This document shows, one piece after another, positions 49,281 to 60,900 of a DNA stretch of 64,000 nt. A program made the translations under genes and the position numbers. Every line of letters starts with the position of its first letter. Position 1 is the stretch's first letter. Source of the DNA: Antedon mediterranea (lineage: Eukaryota; Animalia; Echinodermata); contig NC_092674.1 of the NCBI RefSeq assembly GCF_964355755.1, forward strand, positions 29,202,001-29,266,000. The letters are read 5' to 3'. The notes beneath the pieces are model-generated. The model worked only from the letters and a program-made list of their open reading frames with translations, searched no databases and was not told the DNA's origin.

Positions 49281-49837
49281 AGCTACAAATAATTCGTTGC
49301 GCAATAGCTTTGTTTCAATTATATTATTTAGTTTAATGCCAGGTCTAACCTATTTAATTTATTATTATTTTTAGGCTACTTTAGGCCAGTTTTAAGCTAG
49401 AAACTAAAGAGGGCGACGTGTAGTAGGCTAGCCTTAGACTAGTTAGTAAAGGTACGATAGGAACCGGTATTCTCCAGTGGGGATCAGGGGATGTGTTTTG
49501 AATTTGGAAGAGGTCACTTCGCCCCTGTTTTACTAAACAAGAATTTCAAAGCATAGAGATATGAAATATTCTATGATCAAAGTTACCAAATAGCCTAGCT
49601 AAGCCTATGGTGTAGATAATTAATATTTTGATATTTTTTTTGTACTTCAATTATTATTATATTAGGGCGTAGCTAGAAATTAAATAAAATAATATATTAA
49701 TATATACACTACACCTGTACTACAATTGGATCCTGCAATTCTAGCTAGTTAGATATTTAAATATAATCTACATTTAGGCCTAATGATTGGTAATCGATAA
49801 TCAATACTAACAAATATTGTTTTTCCAGATTGTTATA

Positions 49838-51199
49838 ATGGCCGGTAACTACTACTTTGTGATTGTTGGGCATCAAGACAACCCTGTGTTTGAATTAGAT
49901 TTTAGTTCACAGGCCAAAGGAGGTGATATTAAGGTGCAAGCATTTCTCATACCATACTAGAACTACTTCTATACATGTTTTGATACAGAGAAATATTTTG
50001 ATATCTCACACTCACACATGTTAATTTATTGAATGTGTCACAAGCACATACATAACCAGTAAAACCTTTTTAATTTTAGCCCTGTCAGTTATCAAGACAA
50101 TTCAACCAATTTATGGAAACCATAAGAGTTTAAATAGACTTATTTCCAGCTATACTTACTTAATTTTGTTTTAACTTATTTATACAATATATCTTCTTTT
50201 TTTTTGTAGAAAGATGACCACAGACACTTGAACCAATTCATCGCCCATGCTGCCCTTGACCTTGTTGATGAACAAATGTGGAATACAAATAATATGTAAA
50301 TACAACAAAAATAAAGTTAATCTTAAAAGTAATGAATGAATGAAATGCTTTTATTAATTGTTAATGAAAATTGTTTTTCATAATTCTTATATGTGGATGT
50401 CCAATCGCGAGCAACAATTTAAAATGTATTCTTGTTTTTATTCTTTTCAGGTATTTAAAAATTGTTGATAAATTTAATGAATGGTTTGTCTCTGCTTTTG
50501 TCACAGCTGGAGGTAATTTTTTTAATTTCATTTATATGGCGCTTTTTACCAAGCGCCTGACAGTACAAAACAAACATCAAACATCTTAAATAAAAAATGC
50601 AAGAAACACACGATACACAACATCAAAAACCTTGAATAATAAAAAAAAAAGATACACAAAAGGAAAGGTAATCAGGCCTGCCTGACGTCATCGGGCAAGT
50701 CAATTATTGCTGTTTACTTATTATAACTGTGTTGTGCATACTAGTCTATACAGAAGGCACCTTTGTCTTGAATTATTATACTGTCAAACCTCGAAAAGAA
50801 GCTTTGGGCCTCTTCTTTTTAGGACTCTTAGGTGGGCTTCTTTTCAAGATTACTTCTGCAAGCCAAGTGGTTGGCACTTCTTTTCGAGTTTTGAAGTGTT
50901 TTAATCGTAACAAACTGTGTTTGTTTCCTCCAGGCATCCGCTTTCTGATGTTACATGACGTAAAAAATGAAGATGGAATTAAGAATTTCTTTTCTGAAGT
51001 CTATGAGATTTTTATAAAGGTAAACAAAATTTATAGTACAATATTTTATAAATATGAATATTTTTCATCTTTCTATACAAAATTTTTTTTTTCTTTTCAG
51101 TATTCTATGAACCCATTTCATGATCCTGGGTCGCCAATAAAATCATCAGCTTTTGAGAAGAAATCGCAATATTTGGCCAAAAAGTTCCTCACCAGCTGA
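49838..51199 (+). CDS. TRAPPC2: Trafficking protein particle complex subunit 2 (sedlin)
   Basis: Exons 49838-49933, 50210-50295, 50451-50512, 50934-51019 and 51101-51199 give [19 protein letters not shown]...[20 protein letters not shown]...[20 protein letters not shown]...[17 protein letters not shown]...YSMNPFH...AFEKK. Confidence 0.96.
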
Positions 51200-52418
51200 C
51201 AATCAGCGATCGCAATCTAACCCACCGAGAGATATATATTATATAATATTCTATGTTGTTTTGTATGCTTATTTAAATGTATTATTATTATTGTGTACTA
51301 CTTAATTTGGCCTGAATATTGAATGATAATCATTTTAAACTGACCGTTTTGAAAGGCAAGGCTTAAGGCTCTGTCTACACTATCAAACTAGTTTGACAAT
51401 AAAGTGTGATGTACCCAAATATGGTAGTGATACACAATTTGTGGCCACATAAAGTTTGATAGATCTGAACAAACATTAATTGATTTAAAAATAATAGTAA
51501 TAGTTATCATTAACAGGCAAATCTATATCCAGTATTTCATTAAGTTTCAATAAATGAATGTCATCACTGGGGCGAGGTATTCTTTTTTTACTGTATATTT
51601 TAATGTTTAAAGTTTAGTATTACTGTACTAGTCTATATTTAAATAATTTTTTTTAATTTGTTATTTTGAATATATGAAAATTTTTAAACTGATTTACACA
51701 AGCAATGAAATTCTATAAATGAATGAATTTTAGTTGAATGCTATATAAACTAAAAAAGACAGAAAATCCTGGCCTTTCTAAGAAGAATCATCGTGGTGGT
51801 GTAAATTGGTGTTTTTTTGTTTGTACAGTATATATTTTTTCCTTAATTTTTTTTTTGGTAACTGAATTATAAGGCCTATTAGTCAATATTGTATAAAATA
51901 ATATGGTAATGGGTTAAACTTAAAACAATTAGAATTTTGGTTGTTTATTTACATTTCAATAATTGTTTGTTTTATATAATATAACGCTTAGAACTAGTAA
52001 AGTTTACTTAAAACAAACACATTTTCGTAGTCCATCACGCCGGGGTTTTTAAATTATTATTTCAGTTATAATGTTTTGTTTGGTAAACAATAATAAAAAT
52101 ATATGATAAAACACTAATATCATAAAACATAGTTATTCAAAACGTCCTTGATGCAGTTCAACGACGTAGACGCAACGCAAGTGAGCTTTCCAACATATCA
52201 CACACACGTCGGGCACAGTTCATATAATAATGGTGCATCGCGCGAACGATTGGTCCGAAGTTAGGTTGCGTTCAAATGGGGGGGGGGGGGAGCCAACCAG
52301 CTAGCTTTACGCGGCCGCACGCGTATGCGCAGCGTTCCCATGGTCAGAATTACGCGTTTCCCACAAAACAAAAACGTATGTCACTGCACTATTAATTTTA
52401 TTTTGCAAACAAAACAAC

Positions 52419-53748
52419 ATGACTTCTTTCCAAACAGACAAAAGCACTTTCATATCTACTCTTTATCTGTCCGATTTGGATTCAACTTTTGAGACGACAA
52501 CTGACAATAGTACAGTTACTCGTATGTTGTCAGAAGCAACGAAAAATGCTGTTAAACTGAATAATAATTTGAAAAAGCTCTTGGGTGACCATCGCAAATT
52601 AGAGGAAACGTATTGCCGACGTTCTATATCTTCAAAACAGAATGTAACTGTTGATGATTTTATAGAATTTAATCCAAAACTTATGTCGACAAAACGATCA
52701 GGGAGGAATTTCCGTGAAATACGCACTGACGATGACGACCTGTACCTACGTCCGGTCTTACGTCACAAGGAGGAAGAATTAACAACAAATGTTACCATTC
52801 AACATGAAGATAAAGATTATATGTTTGATTGTGATTACACTTTAACAGATTTAAAGAAAAGACTAGCAAAATTTGAAGACGATTTGGAAGATTTTAAAGG
52901 AGTTAAAGAATCGTTTAATAAAAGAGTTAATCAACTCCAACGAAATGCTATTATTCGTGGTCGAACTTGGCGCGCTTTGCTCAACCAAAGAAATAAAAAT
53001 GCAGACGATCAGAGGCCCGCCATTCAAGAACATCAAGCGTTAACGTTCAGACGACAATTCAAACTGTTTAAATATATTTACCCAGTTCTCAATAACTGTC
53101 TTTTAGTTGGTGAAATTGCGTTTCAACTAGAACGACAGATTTTAGCTTGTATCTTCCAAAGTGAACGTTTTTCGTATGGACACAACCTTAGAAACATTGA
53201 AAGTATGTTGAGAATTTTACCAAGGTACACGACAAATGATGCGATTCGAACTCGGTATGTTGACACCATGAGACTACTTCGTGGATATGGGTGGAGAACT
53301 ACACATCATCCTACCTTTGTAAATGACGTAATACACTATTACGGGACTTTCCCTGATTTGGAGACAGCGCGAAGTTACGCATTGAAACAAGGTTACTTTT
53401 ACTTCGGTACTTTTTTGACGTTCAAAGTAATGAGCATACTAATTTGGTTGATGAAAATACTACCGGTCAAATTAAATCCAAAGAACGAGATAAATGTGGT
53501 AGTTTCTTTGACTTTAAAAAGGATTCACAGTTTTAAAATACTCTTTCCTCCGATTCCCTATACTTTTTAGCATTCAGTATTTCTAAAACTAAATCATAGT
53601 TTTGTTGACATTTTCAGGTTGGACTACAATGGAAGACATCCGACTTGTTGTTCTTAAAAACGTAACAAATCCATTGATTCGCGACACACTGGTCATATTG
53701 GACTGCTTTGAAAATCTACTTCAGGATAACCAAATATTTCGATGGTAA
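52419..53748 (+). CDS. Speriolin C-terminal-domain protein (SPATC1/SPATC1L-like)
   Basis: Exons 52419-53391 and 53618-53748. LVGEIAFQLERQILACIF...YGHNLRNI...GWRTTHHPTFVNDVIHYYG...DTLVILDCFENLLQDNQIFRW matches the Speriolin_C pattern (VGEIAFQLDRRIL...HP...YG...W-COOH); coiled coil upstream. Confidence 0.82.
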
Positions 53749-54148
53749 AAATACTTTAAAAAGAAAATATATTAAAATATAGTTATTTTCAAACAAAATG
53801 TGTTTTCATTACTTGCACCACAAAGTTGACGTGTAATGTACAGGTACTAAAAGTCGTCCTAATATACAATTATTTATGCTGAAAAGAAAACAACCACAAA
53901 CATGTACAGTATATTCAAATGGAATTTAAAAAACAAAGAATCACTACTTTTTTAATGAATTTGTTTTTATTTGCTTATTAATAATAATTATTTCAATACT
54001 GTATAGCATTTAGTTTGCTTTAAATCGGTATTATGCCTTGTTAGGAATAAGCAGCCTTGTTTTCGTATGCATATATCAATAAATCATCACTGCAACCATT
54101 AACTGTTAGATAGATAGTGTTTTACTGGAGCTACACTGCACAATTAAT

Positions 54149-54937
54149 AATCGCTGTGGCTAAAGATACGGTACCGTATTCTAACTTCTGTTTACTAAAG
54201 GTACGGTAAAATTGCATTACGTCATAATCAGCCAATGGGGTGCTGGTACGTGTGTGACGTCATCGTATAAGGACTTTTGTTTTTTTTTCATATCATCGCG
54301 TCTGTTGCATGATATGTAGACAATTCCTGTCGGCGGCGCCAGGCTGCATGGATGTGTGTGTGCGCGCTGATCGGAGGGTTTTATTTTTATTCCAAATGGC
54401 CTATAGGCCTATATTTTTTATTAAACTTTGTTTACAATGGTGACCATAAACAACAAGCAAATGCGGACAATAAAGGGGCCCTCAAATACTATGATTTTTT
54501 AGACAGTAGCCCCAGGTCTGAGTCACAGAAATCAGCGCACACATGCAGCTGGCCCCAGCCTGGCATCGCTTTCCCTACACAAACAAACTCATAAAATGAG
54601 GTTATAGTACGTAGTAAGTAGGCCTAGGCCTCTTTTGAAACGGTTTTCTGTATTCTAGAATTAAAATCAACATGTTTTGGCTTTTCAATAATAATAACAG
54701 ACGTAGGCTACATTTAGTTTTTGTCACACACGACGGCGATAATATAGAGATAAATGAAACATAAAGAAAATGCGGTTGATCACTGTTTTCCCGATATGAA
54801 AAAAATCCAAAGTCCTTATACGATGACGTCACACACGTACCAGCACCCCATTGGCTGGTTATGACGTAATGCAATTTTACCGTACCTTTAGTAAACAGAA
54901 GTTAGAATACGGTACCGTATCTTTAGCCACGGCGATT
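54149..54937. mobile_element. ~790-bp non-autonomous DNA transposon with ~145-bp near-perfect TIRs
   Basis: 54149-54295 is the reverse complement of 54793-54937 (AATCGCTGTGGCTAAAGATACGGTACCGTATTCTAACTTCTG...TGACGTCATCGTATAAGGACTTT). AAT or TAATA direct repeats flank it. Confidence 0.88.
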
Positions 54938-55202
54938 AATAATATTCTGAACCAGATTCTAAATAAAGTACTGTACTTTCAACTTTCTGTTGATAAATTC
55001 GCTCAGTCAGGTAAGTTAAATTTCAACTCTGTGTGTGGGTGTCTCCTCTCCCGATCTCGGTACCTAAATCTTATTGTTGTGGTTCATGCAATCATCAAAT
55101 GGCAATGCCATTTGTTACATTTGTTTGGTCTGCTGATGAAATCAAACAAATACATTTTCTGTTTTTATTAAAATCAGACAGTAGGTAGTTCTGTACGAAG
55201 GG

Positions 55203-55499
55203 CTACATTGCTTGTTGACGTTCTAATAATTGTTGAAATCGTTGGGTGACTGTGAAAGTTGTGTCAATAAACCGCTCTACACAGTTAGTTAGGCACGTTT
55301 CCGTCTTAGAGTCCAGCTTAGCCCCTGCTTTGTCCACGCATTTATCCCAGCACACGTCCGTAAACTGATGGATCTGGGCCTGGAATTTAGCTTTCTGGCT
55401 TTCCATGGCGAGAAATTCCTGTAATTCTGCATCAGCGCCTGCACCACCTCCTACACTACCGGCACTATTTGCACCAAATGCTGATGAATCAAAAGACAT
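55203..55499 (-). CDS. TIMM8: Mitochondrial import inner membrane translocase subunit Tim8
   Basis: Intronless ORF with twin CX3C motifs (CWDKC...CLTNC) and VERFIDT. Confidence 0.95.
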   Translation of the reverse strand: MSFDSSAFGANSAGSVGGGAGADAELQEFLAMESQKAKFQAQIHQFTDVCWDKCVDKAGAKLDSKTETCLTNCVERFIDTTFTVTQRFQQLLERQQAM

Positions 55500-55790
55500 C
55501 TTACAAATTTTCGAAAGTTAAACAAAAACGAAATTTTAGTACAAAAATACTCGAGCGTTTAAAAAACGTGGTGGCTTGATTGCACGCTTCATCGATTTAG
55601 CTTCAGAACAATAGAGGGCTTTTTAAACAAAAGCGGAACATTCAAATCTGGGTTACGCATGCGCATTCATTGTAAACAACAACAAACTGGAGATCAATGA
55701 ACATGAACAGAAGAGATTGGCAGTCAAATTCCCTCTTCTTTTCAGTCATTTATTTATTATCAGATATAACTAGAGGTATTACAGGTAATT
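55500..55790. promoter_or_regulatory. Bidirectional promoter between TIMM8 and the CCDC158-like gene
   Basis: NRF1-like TACGCATGCGCA near 55654, forkhead-like TGTAAACAA near 55671, and a plus-strand donor CAG|GTAATT near 55784. Confidence 0.5.
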
Positions 55791-57519
55791 ATAAAATCAT
55801 TAACGAATGTAGGTTTATGTGTCAGAGCAGCTGTAATTATGTAGGCCTGTTTTCTAGGCTAGGCTAGCTAATTAAATTACCGTTTGGGGGCGCTATTCAT
55901 CAGTGATTCTAACATCGCGATAGAAAATAGTTCCACGACTAAGAAAGATACCCAATTGGTTTTTGTTGTATTGTGCGGAAGGATATCGCAATTTGACCGA
56001 ATTACTTCCAAATAACGCTCGAGAAATAAATTCCCAATCTATATTGGCTTTTCAGAGAGCGTGATTTGATCCAGTAGAAGTTTTTTGTTTACATCAAATA
56101 TTTCGGTGCTTTTTAAGAATAGAAAGGAAATCGTTTCAAGTTTTTAGGTTAATGTGTTCGTCTTCTTCAGGTTTTAAAGTATAAAGGTAGGTAAATCATA
56201 AATAATATTATTGTGACTGCTAAATATAATAGATGCCTTTAAACATTACTTTTTTGTTGCCTTTGTCATATTGCTGAGCTAGGCTCAGTATTGAGGGCGC
56301 CCTTGTTAATTTTACAGAGGCTACACGCCCGGTAAACAATGTTTTCCCCGCTGGCTACCATGTTGTATGAGCCCTATACTTAGGCCTAGCGATACAATAT
56401 CAATGAAACATAATTTGTCATAGAATCTCTATCAGCTGATAATAATTAAGAAATATAATATAATTACATAATAAATTATAATCATAATAATACATAATAG
56501 CAATTGTCAAGTATAATTTTAAAGGAATAGGCCTAGGCCTAATAATAATAAGAGTTTTTAATTATAAACATTTTATTTTCATTCGCAACTAAATTATTCA
56601 ATAATATTTTATATGTATAGCATAACAACACCATGGTATTCACTCTAAGAATCTATCGTTACAATTGTATTATTTTTACTTTAATTTACAGGATTGAAAT
56701 GTTTATTCGGATGCGATAGGGAGGATCGGAAGATGCCGTTTGTAAACTTGATGGTCAACACATTACTAATGCCGATGGTGCTGTCCTTGAAATGCGAGAT
56801 GTTTAATAATAGATTAAATAATAATTATAATAATATTAGTCATTTTGGAATTTTTGATATAATAATAATATTGCACAATAATTTAATGTAAAATTCGCAA
56901 ATTATCTAGATTTTTTAGTCTATATGCTTTCTTATTAGTATATTACCTCCTGTGACCTTTAACAGTGACCTTGGATGATGACTGTTGAACTTTACGTATT
57001 ACATAATTAAATATTTATAATAATAAGTTCATGTGACGTTATATTTAATAATGAAAATAAACATATACAGTAAATAAATGGTCTAAAAATGCGTTATTTT
57101 TATACTGTAAGGGACACGTATAATATATAATAAAAATAAAAGGAATTTGCTCCAACAAAAGGCGTCATTAATATTATAATATCTCCGCTAATACTGGTCC
57201 GATTTACATAATTTTTGTATTAAAATGATTCATGCAGTTATGCCTTTCTTTTAAACATAATTATAAAGACCTGTGAGACACTTCTAATATTTATGTTTGA
57301 AGCTAGCTAGGCTAGGCCAGATGAGTCCAGTCAGCAGGAAGATTGTTCCAGTCCAGGCATAGGCCTACTCATACTGTATTTATCAGCAAAGCAGGGTCAG
57401 AATAGGGGGAGCTTCACTTCATGAATGGGTGATTGAAATGAGAGTGACAGATTCTGGTCGGATAGTCTGACATTGGATCCATGCGATTTTGTCTTGTTGA
57501 TAGACCTAGGTAGACCATT

Positions 57520-57815
57520 ATTACGCTTCGTTAATCCAGCAGACTTCTTCTAAAACCTGGACCCCGTTCCAGAACTCGGTTTTACGGTGATCGTGCTTTC
57601 GCTGTCGCAGCCCCAAAACTCTGGAACACTCTACCCCTCGAAATACGCTCATCAAAATCTGTAATCACATTTAAAACTAAACTCAAAACTCATCTCTTCA
57701 GAGAAGCATAATCACACGCTACTACTTGCACAGATTTTGGAAAACACAGCGCTTTGAAACCTTTGTCTCTTGCGCTTTATAAATGTTATTTATTATTATT
57801 ATTTATTATTATTTA
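57520..57815 (+). mobile_element. L2-clade LINE 3' end
   Basis: Translates as SSRLLLKPGPRSRTRFYGDRAFAVAAPKLWNTLPLEIRSSKSVITFKTKLKTHLFREA*, the classic L2 ORF2 C-terminus. Tail GCGCTTTATAAATG(TTA)n. Confidence 0.85.
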
Positions 57816-57952
57816 CTAGTTCGTTACTTAGGACTTTTTCTCATTCTCACATATTCACAGATTTCCTATGCATATCTTTCATTTTTTGTTGTCACTACTG
57901 ACTGAAACATTAATTAAACAAAGAACTCTTGTTTTTTAAATTACAGTAAACT

Positions 57953-60900
57953 ATGGCCAGTCCTGCAATCCCATCAAGCAAGCTGACCAGCGAGCATTAT
58001 GAAGAACAGATTCGTAACTTGGAAAGGGAACAAGCTAAAATACTGGGAATAGATGCACAGCGTAGAAATGATGAAAGTCTATCATCTGTTGCTAAAGCCT
58101 CACATGTGCCTAAGGGGATGGTGAGCCATACACTTCTGCAGATGAAGGATCAAGTTAGTCTTCAGGAGGATGCATTGAAAGCCTTTCAGAATGAACTGAC
58201 AATCAAATCTGCTGAGATGGAGAAACTTAAAGCCTCTTTTGAAAGTCCGGTAAATATGACAAAGCCATTTACCACAGTGCCATAAACAACAAATGGCACT
58301 GTGGTAAAAGGATGTCTACTATAAAAAAGTAAATAAATGTCTACTATAATTGTAGGCAATCACAATTTGATAATGCTCTATTTTCAATGTTAACAGTATG
58401 TTTCCACTATGTTTCCACTAATTGTCAATGTTCGTGTTTTTTTACAGGATTTTTCCAGATTTACTGATACATCACTGCCAGTAGCTTCTACAACCGTCAG
58501 ACCACCTGATGTTTTACAATTAAGGTTTCGTATTGTTTTAAAAGATTCTAATTAGTCTCTGCTGAAATGTTTGTAACTATGTTATGTGATGATGAATGGT
58601 GCTTACAGTTAGATAATTGATGACATACATTCAAGTTTCATAACATTAGTTTCTAGACTTTGACATAAAAAATAATAATGTATGTACAGTGCAATAACAA
58701 AATAATACTAGGCAGATGCCCTGGAAGATGAAAAAAAAACATCTTGTGTTGCGCGAGTCTTAAAAAAATAATTGAATTAAAAAAGAATAAATAAATAGAC
58801 AGTATGGAAAAGACATTATTGTATTAGTTTATGATGTTGACAGAAAAGGATAATTTATCCAATCCTCATTTTTTATTTGATCCCCATACAGACGTGCACT
58901 TGAGCAAAAAACAAAAGAGAACGAAATGCTTCAAAACAGACTGGATGCCAGCAAGGCTGCTGCCAGAACCATCACAAGTGCAGGATACGGTACAGACAGG
59001 AGTCTCAGCATTCCAAGAAGTCTAGCAAGGTCAAGGTCATTGACCTCATTCCCTAACACCCACAGCGCTGTTGATGTCAACATGTTACCTTTTATTCCAT
59101 TCCATCAATCACATGAAAAAGAGTAAGTATTCATTTTTACTAACTAACTGATGTATAGCCACAAGAAAGAAAAGAGAACAATCTTTGTTCAAGCCACATG
59201 GTTGTCAAATGCCTCTGTGAAAAAGTGGTCAGGTTAAAACCCTCTAACCGTACTGGTAGCTACGACCCTATAACTTAGCAAGCTCGTCTTTATTTGTTTC
59301 CTGTATTTGTTATTATCTATACTTTTTTATAATTGCTTTATAGTTACATTTTAACTAGATTTAGTATATTTTTGTTTCCAACAGAGTCCTAGAACAAAAG
59401 TTACATCATTCTCAACTACATATTGATCGACTTACTAACAAACTTAAAGAGGTAAGGCTAAGAAAATGTTTATAATTCAGTATTCGATGATAAGATAATC
59501 ACAAAGACAAACAAACAACAAATATACACAAGATGAACAGTCTTATTACAAGTATTTATAGTGAAGTTGTTCGGTCATAAAAACAAAAATCCTGGCATCT
59601 GACAGGATTTGAACCCAGCATCCAAGCTATACAAGCTTTAACACCATGTTACATAATAAGATAAATTACTTTGCTTTCTTTCATCATAATGTAGCTTACA
59701 GAGGTGTCTGAGCAACAAAAATCAAATTTCCGGCAAGCTATTGAGGATTTGCAGACTAAATTAACTGAAACTGTCGTTGGCAGAGATTCACTTCTTGACA
59801 TGAGGTTTGTTTGTGCTCAAATCAAAAACAAAATATTCATACAAAGAATGAACATCTCTCCTATTATTTATTAAAGTAAAATCACTTAAATTTTACTTAT
59901 TTTTTAGAAAAACAGAAGCTGATGAGCAAGGAAAGATGATCAAGAAACTACAAGAATCGTTAAAAGAGGCTGAAGAAAATGCTAAGAAAAATGACCAGGT
60001 TGGTCTAAACCATCAGCTACTGTTTTGACTTGATTAATTTCCCATCTAGATTTTAGCTCAAATGTCCAGTAGGTATGACATGCCATGTGTGTCAAAATAT
60101 TTTTTGTTTATGAAAGTTAAGCCAAATCATTGATAAATTTAATTTATTGGTAGGCCTGCCGTGAGTCAACCTCCAAGGTGGAGGTACTACAGAGCAGTCT
60201 GACAACATCTAACGCTGTCATAGGCCAGATTAGACATCAAGCACAAGCAGAAAACGACCGCAGAGGCAAAGAAATTCTCACAAAAGACATCCTAGATGAA
60301 AACGATGTCTGTAATATTTCTACTATTCTTCAGATGCTGTTTGAAAATTCACAGAAAGAGATTAAAGAGTTACGAGAGACATTAGAAGAACGAACAGCAA
60401 AGTTTAATAATGAACGTGAAACCTATGAAACACAGCTACAAACTATACAAACAGAATCCAGGAACAAGTAAGTTTAGTTTATTTTGAATTATAATTTTAC
60501 CTCATTTACTTAATTCTACCTTAATTTTACCTTTAAATGCATACATTTTTTGTTAGAATCAACCAGTTATCAGAAGAACATGAAAAGCAAATGAATGCTG
60601 CCACCGAGAGAGCAATGAATGCAAGAAAACAATCGCTTAGTCTCCAATCCCAGCTGACTCAGTTACAGTAAGTTGAAAATATTGGAAATATTTTGATATA
60701 TGGCACATTCATTGGTTGGAATATGGTGATGTTGTTAGATATGTATTTTTAATTTATAGTATTTTCTTTACGTTTGGTTTTCAGAGAAATGATGCAGGAG
60801 AAACTGGACCAGAGAGAACAAACTGTAAAGACTTTAGAACAACAGTTAACACAAGTTAAGAAAAGTGACCAAGATCTGTTGTCCAGTTGGTCTCAGAGGG

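Noticed and set aside
50729-51199. 156-aa ORF suggesting a longer TRAPPC2
   Set aside because: It reads through intronic sequence; the canonical five-exon model gives a normal-length sedlin.
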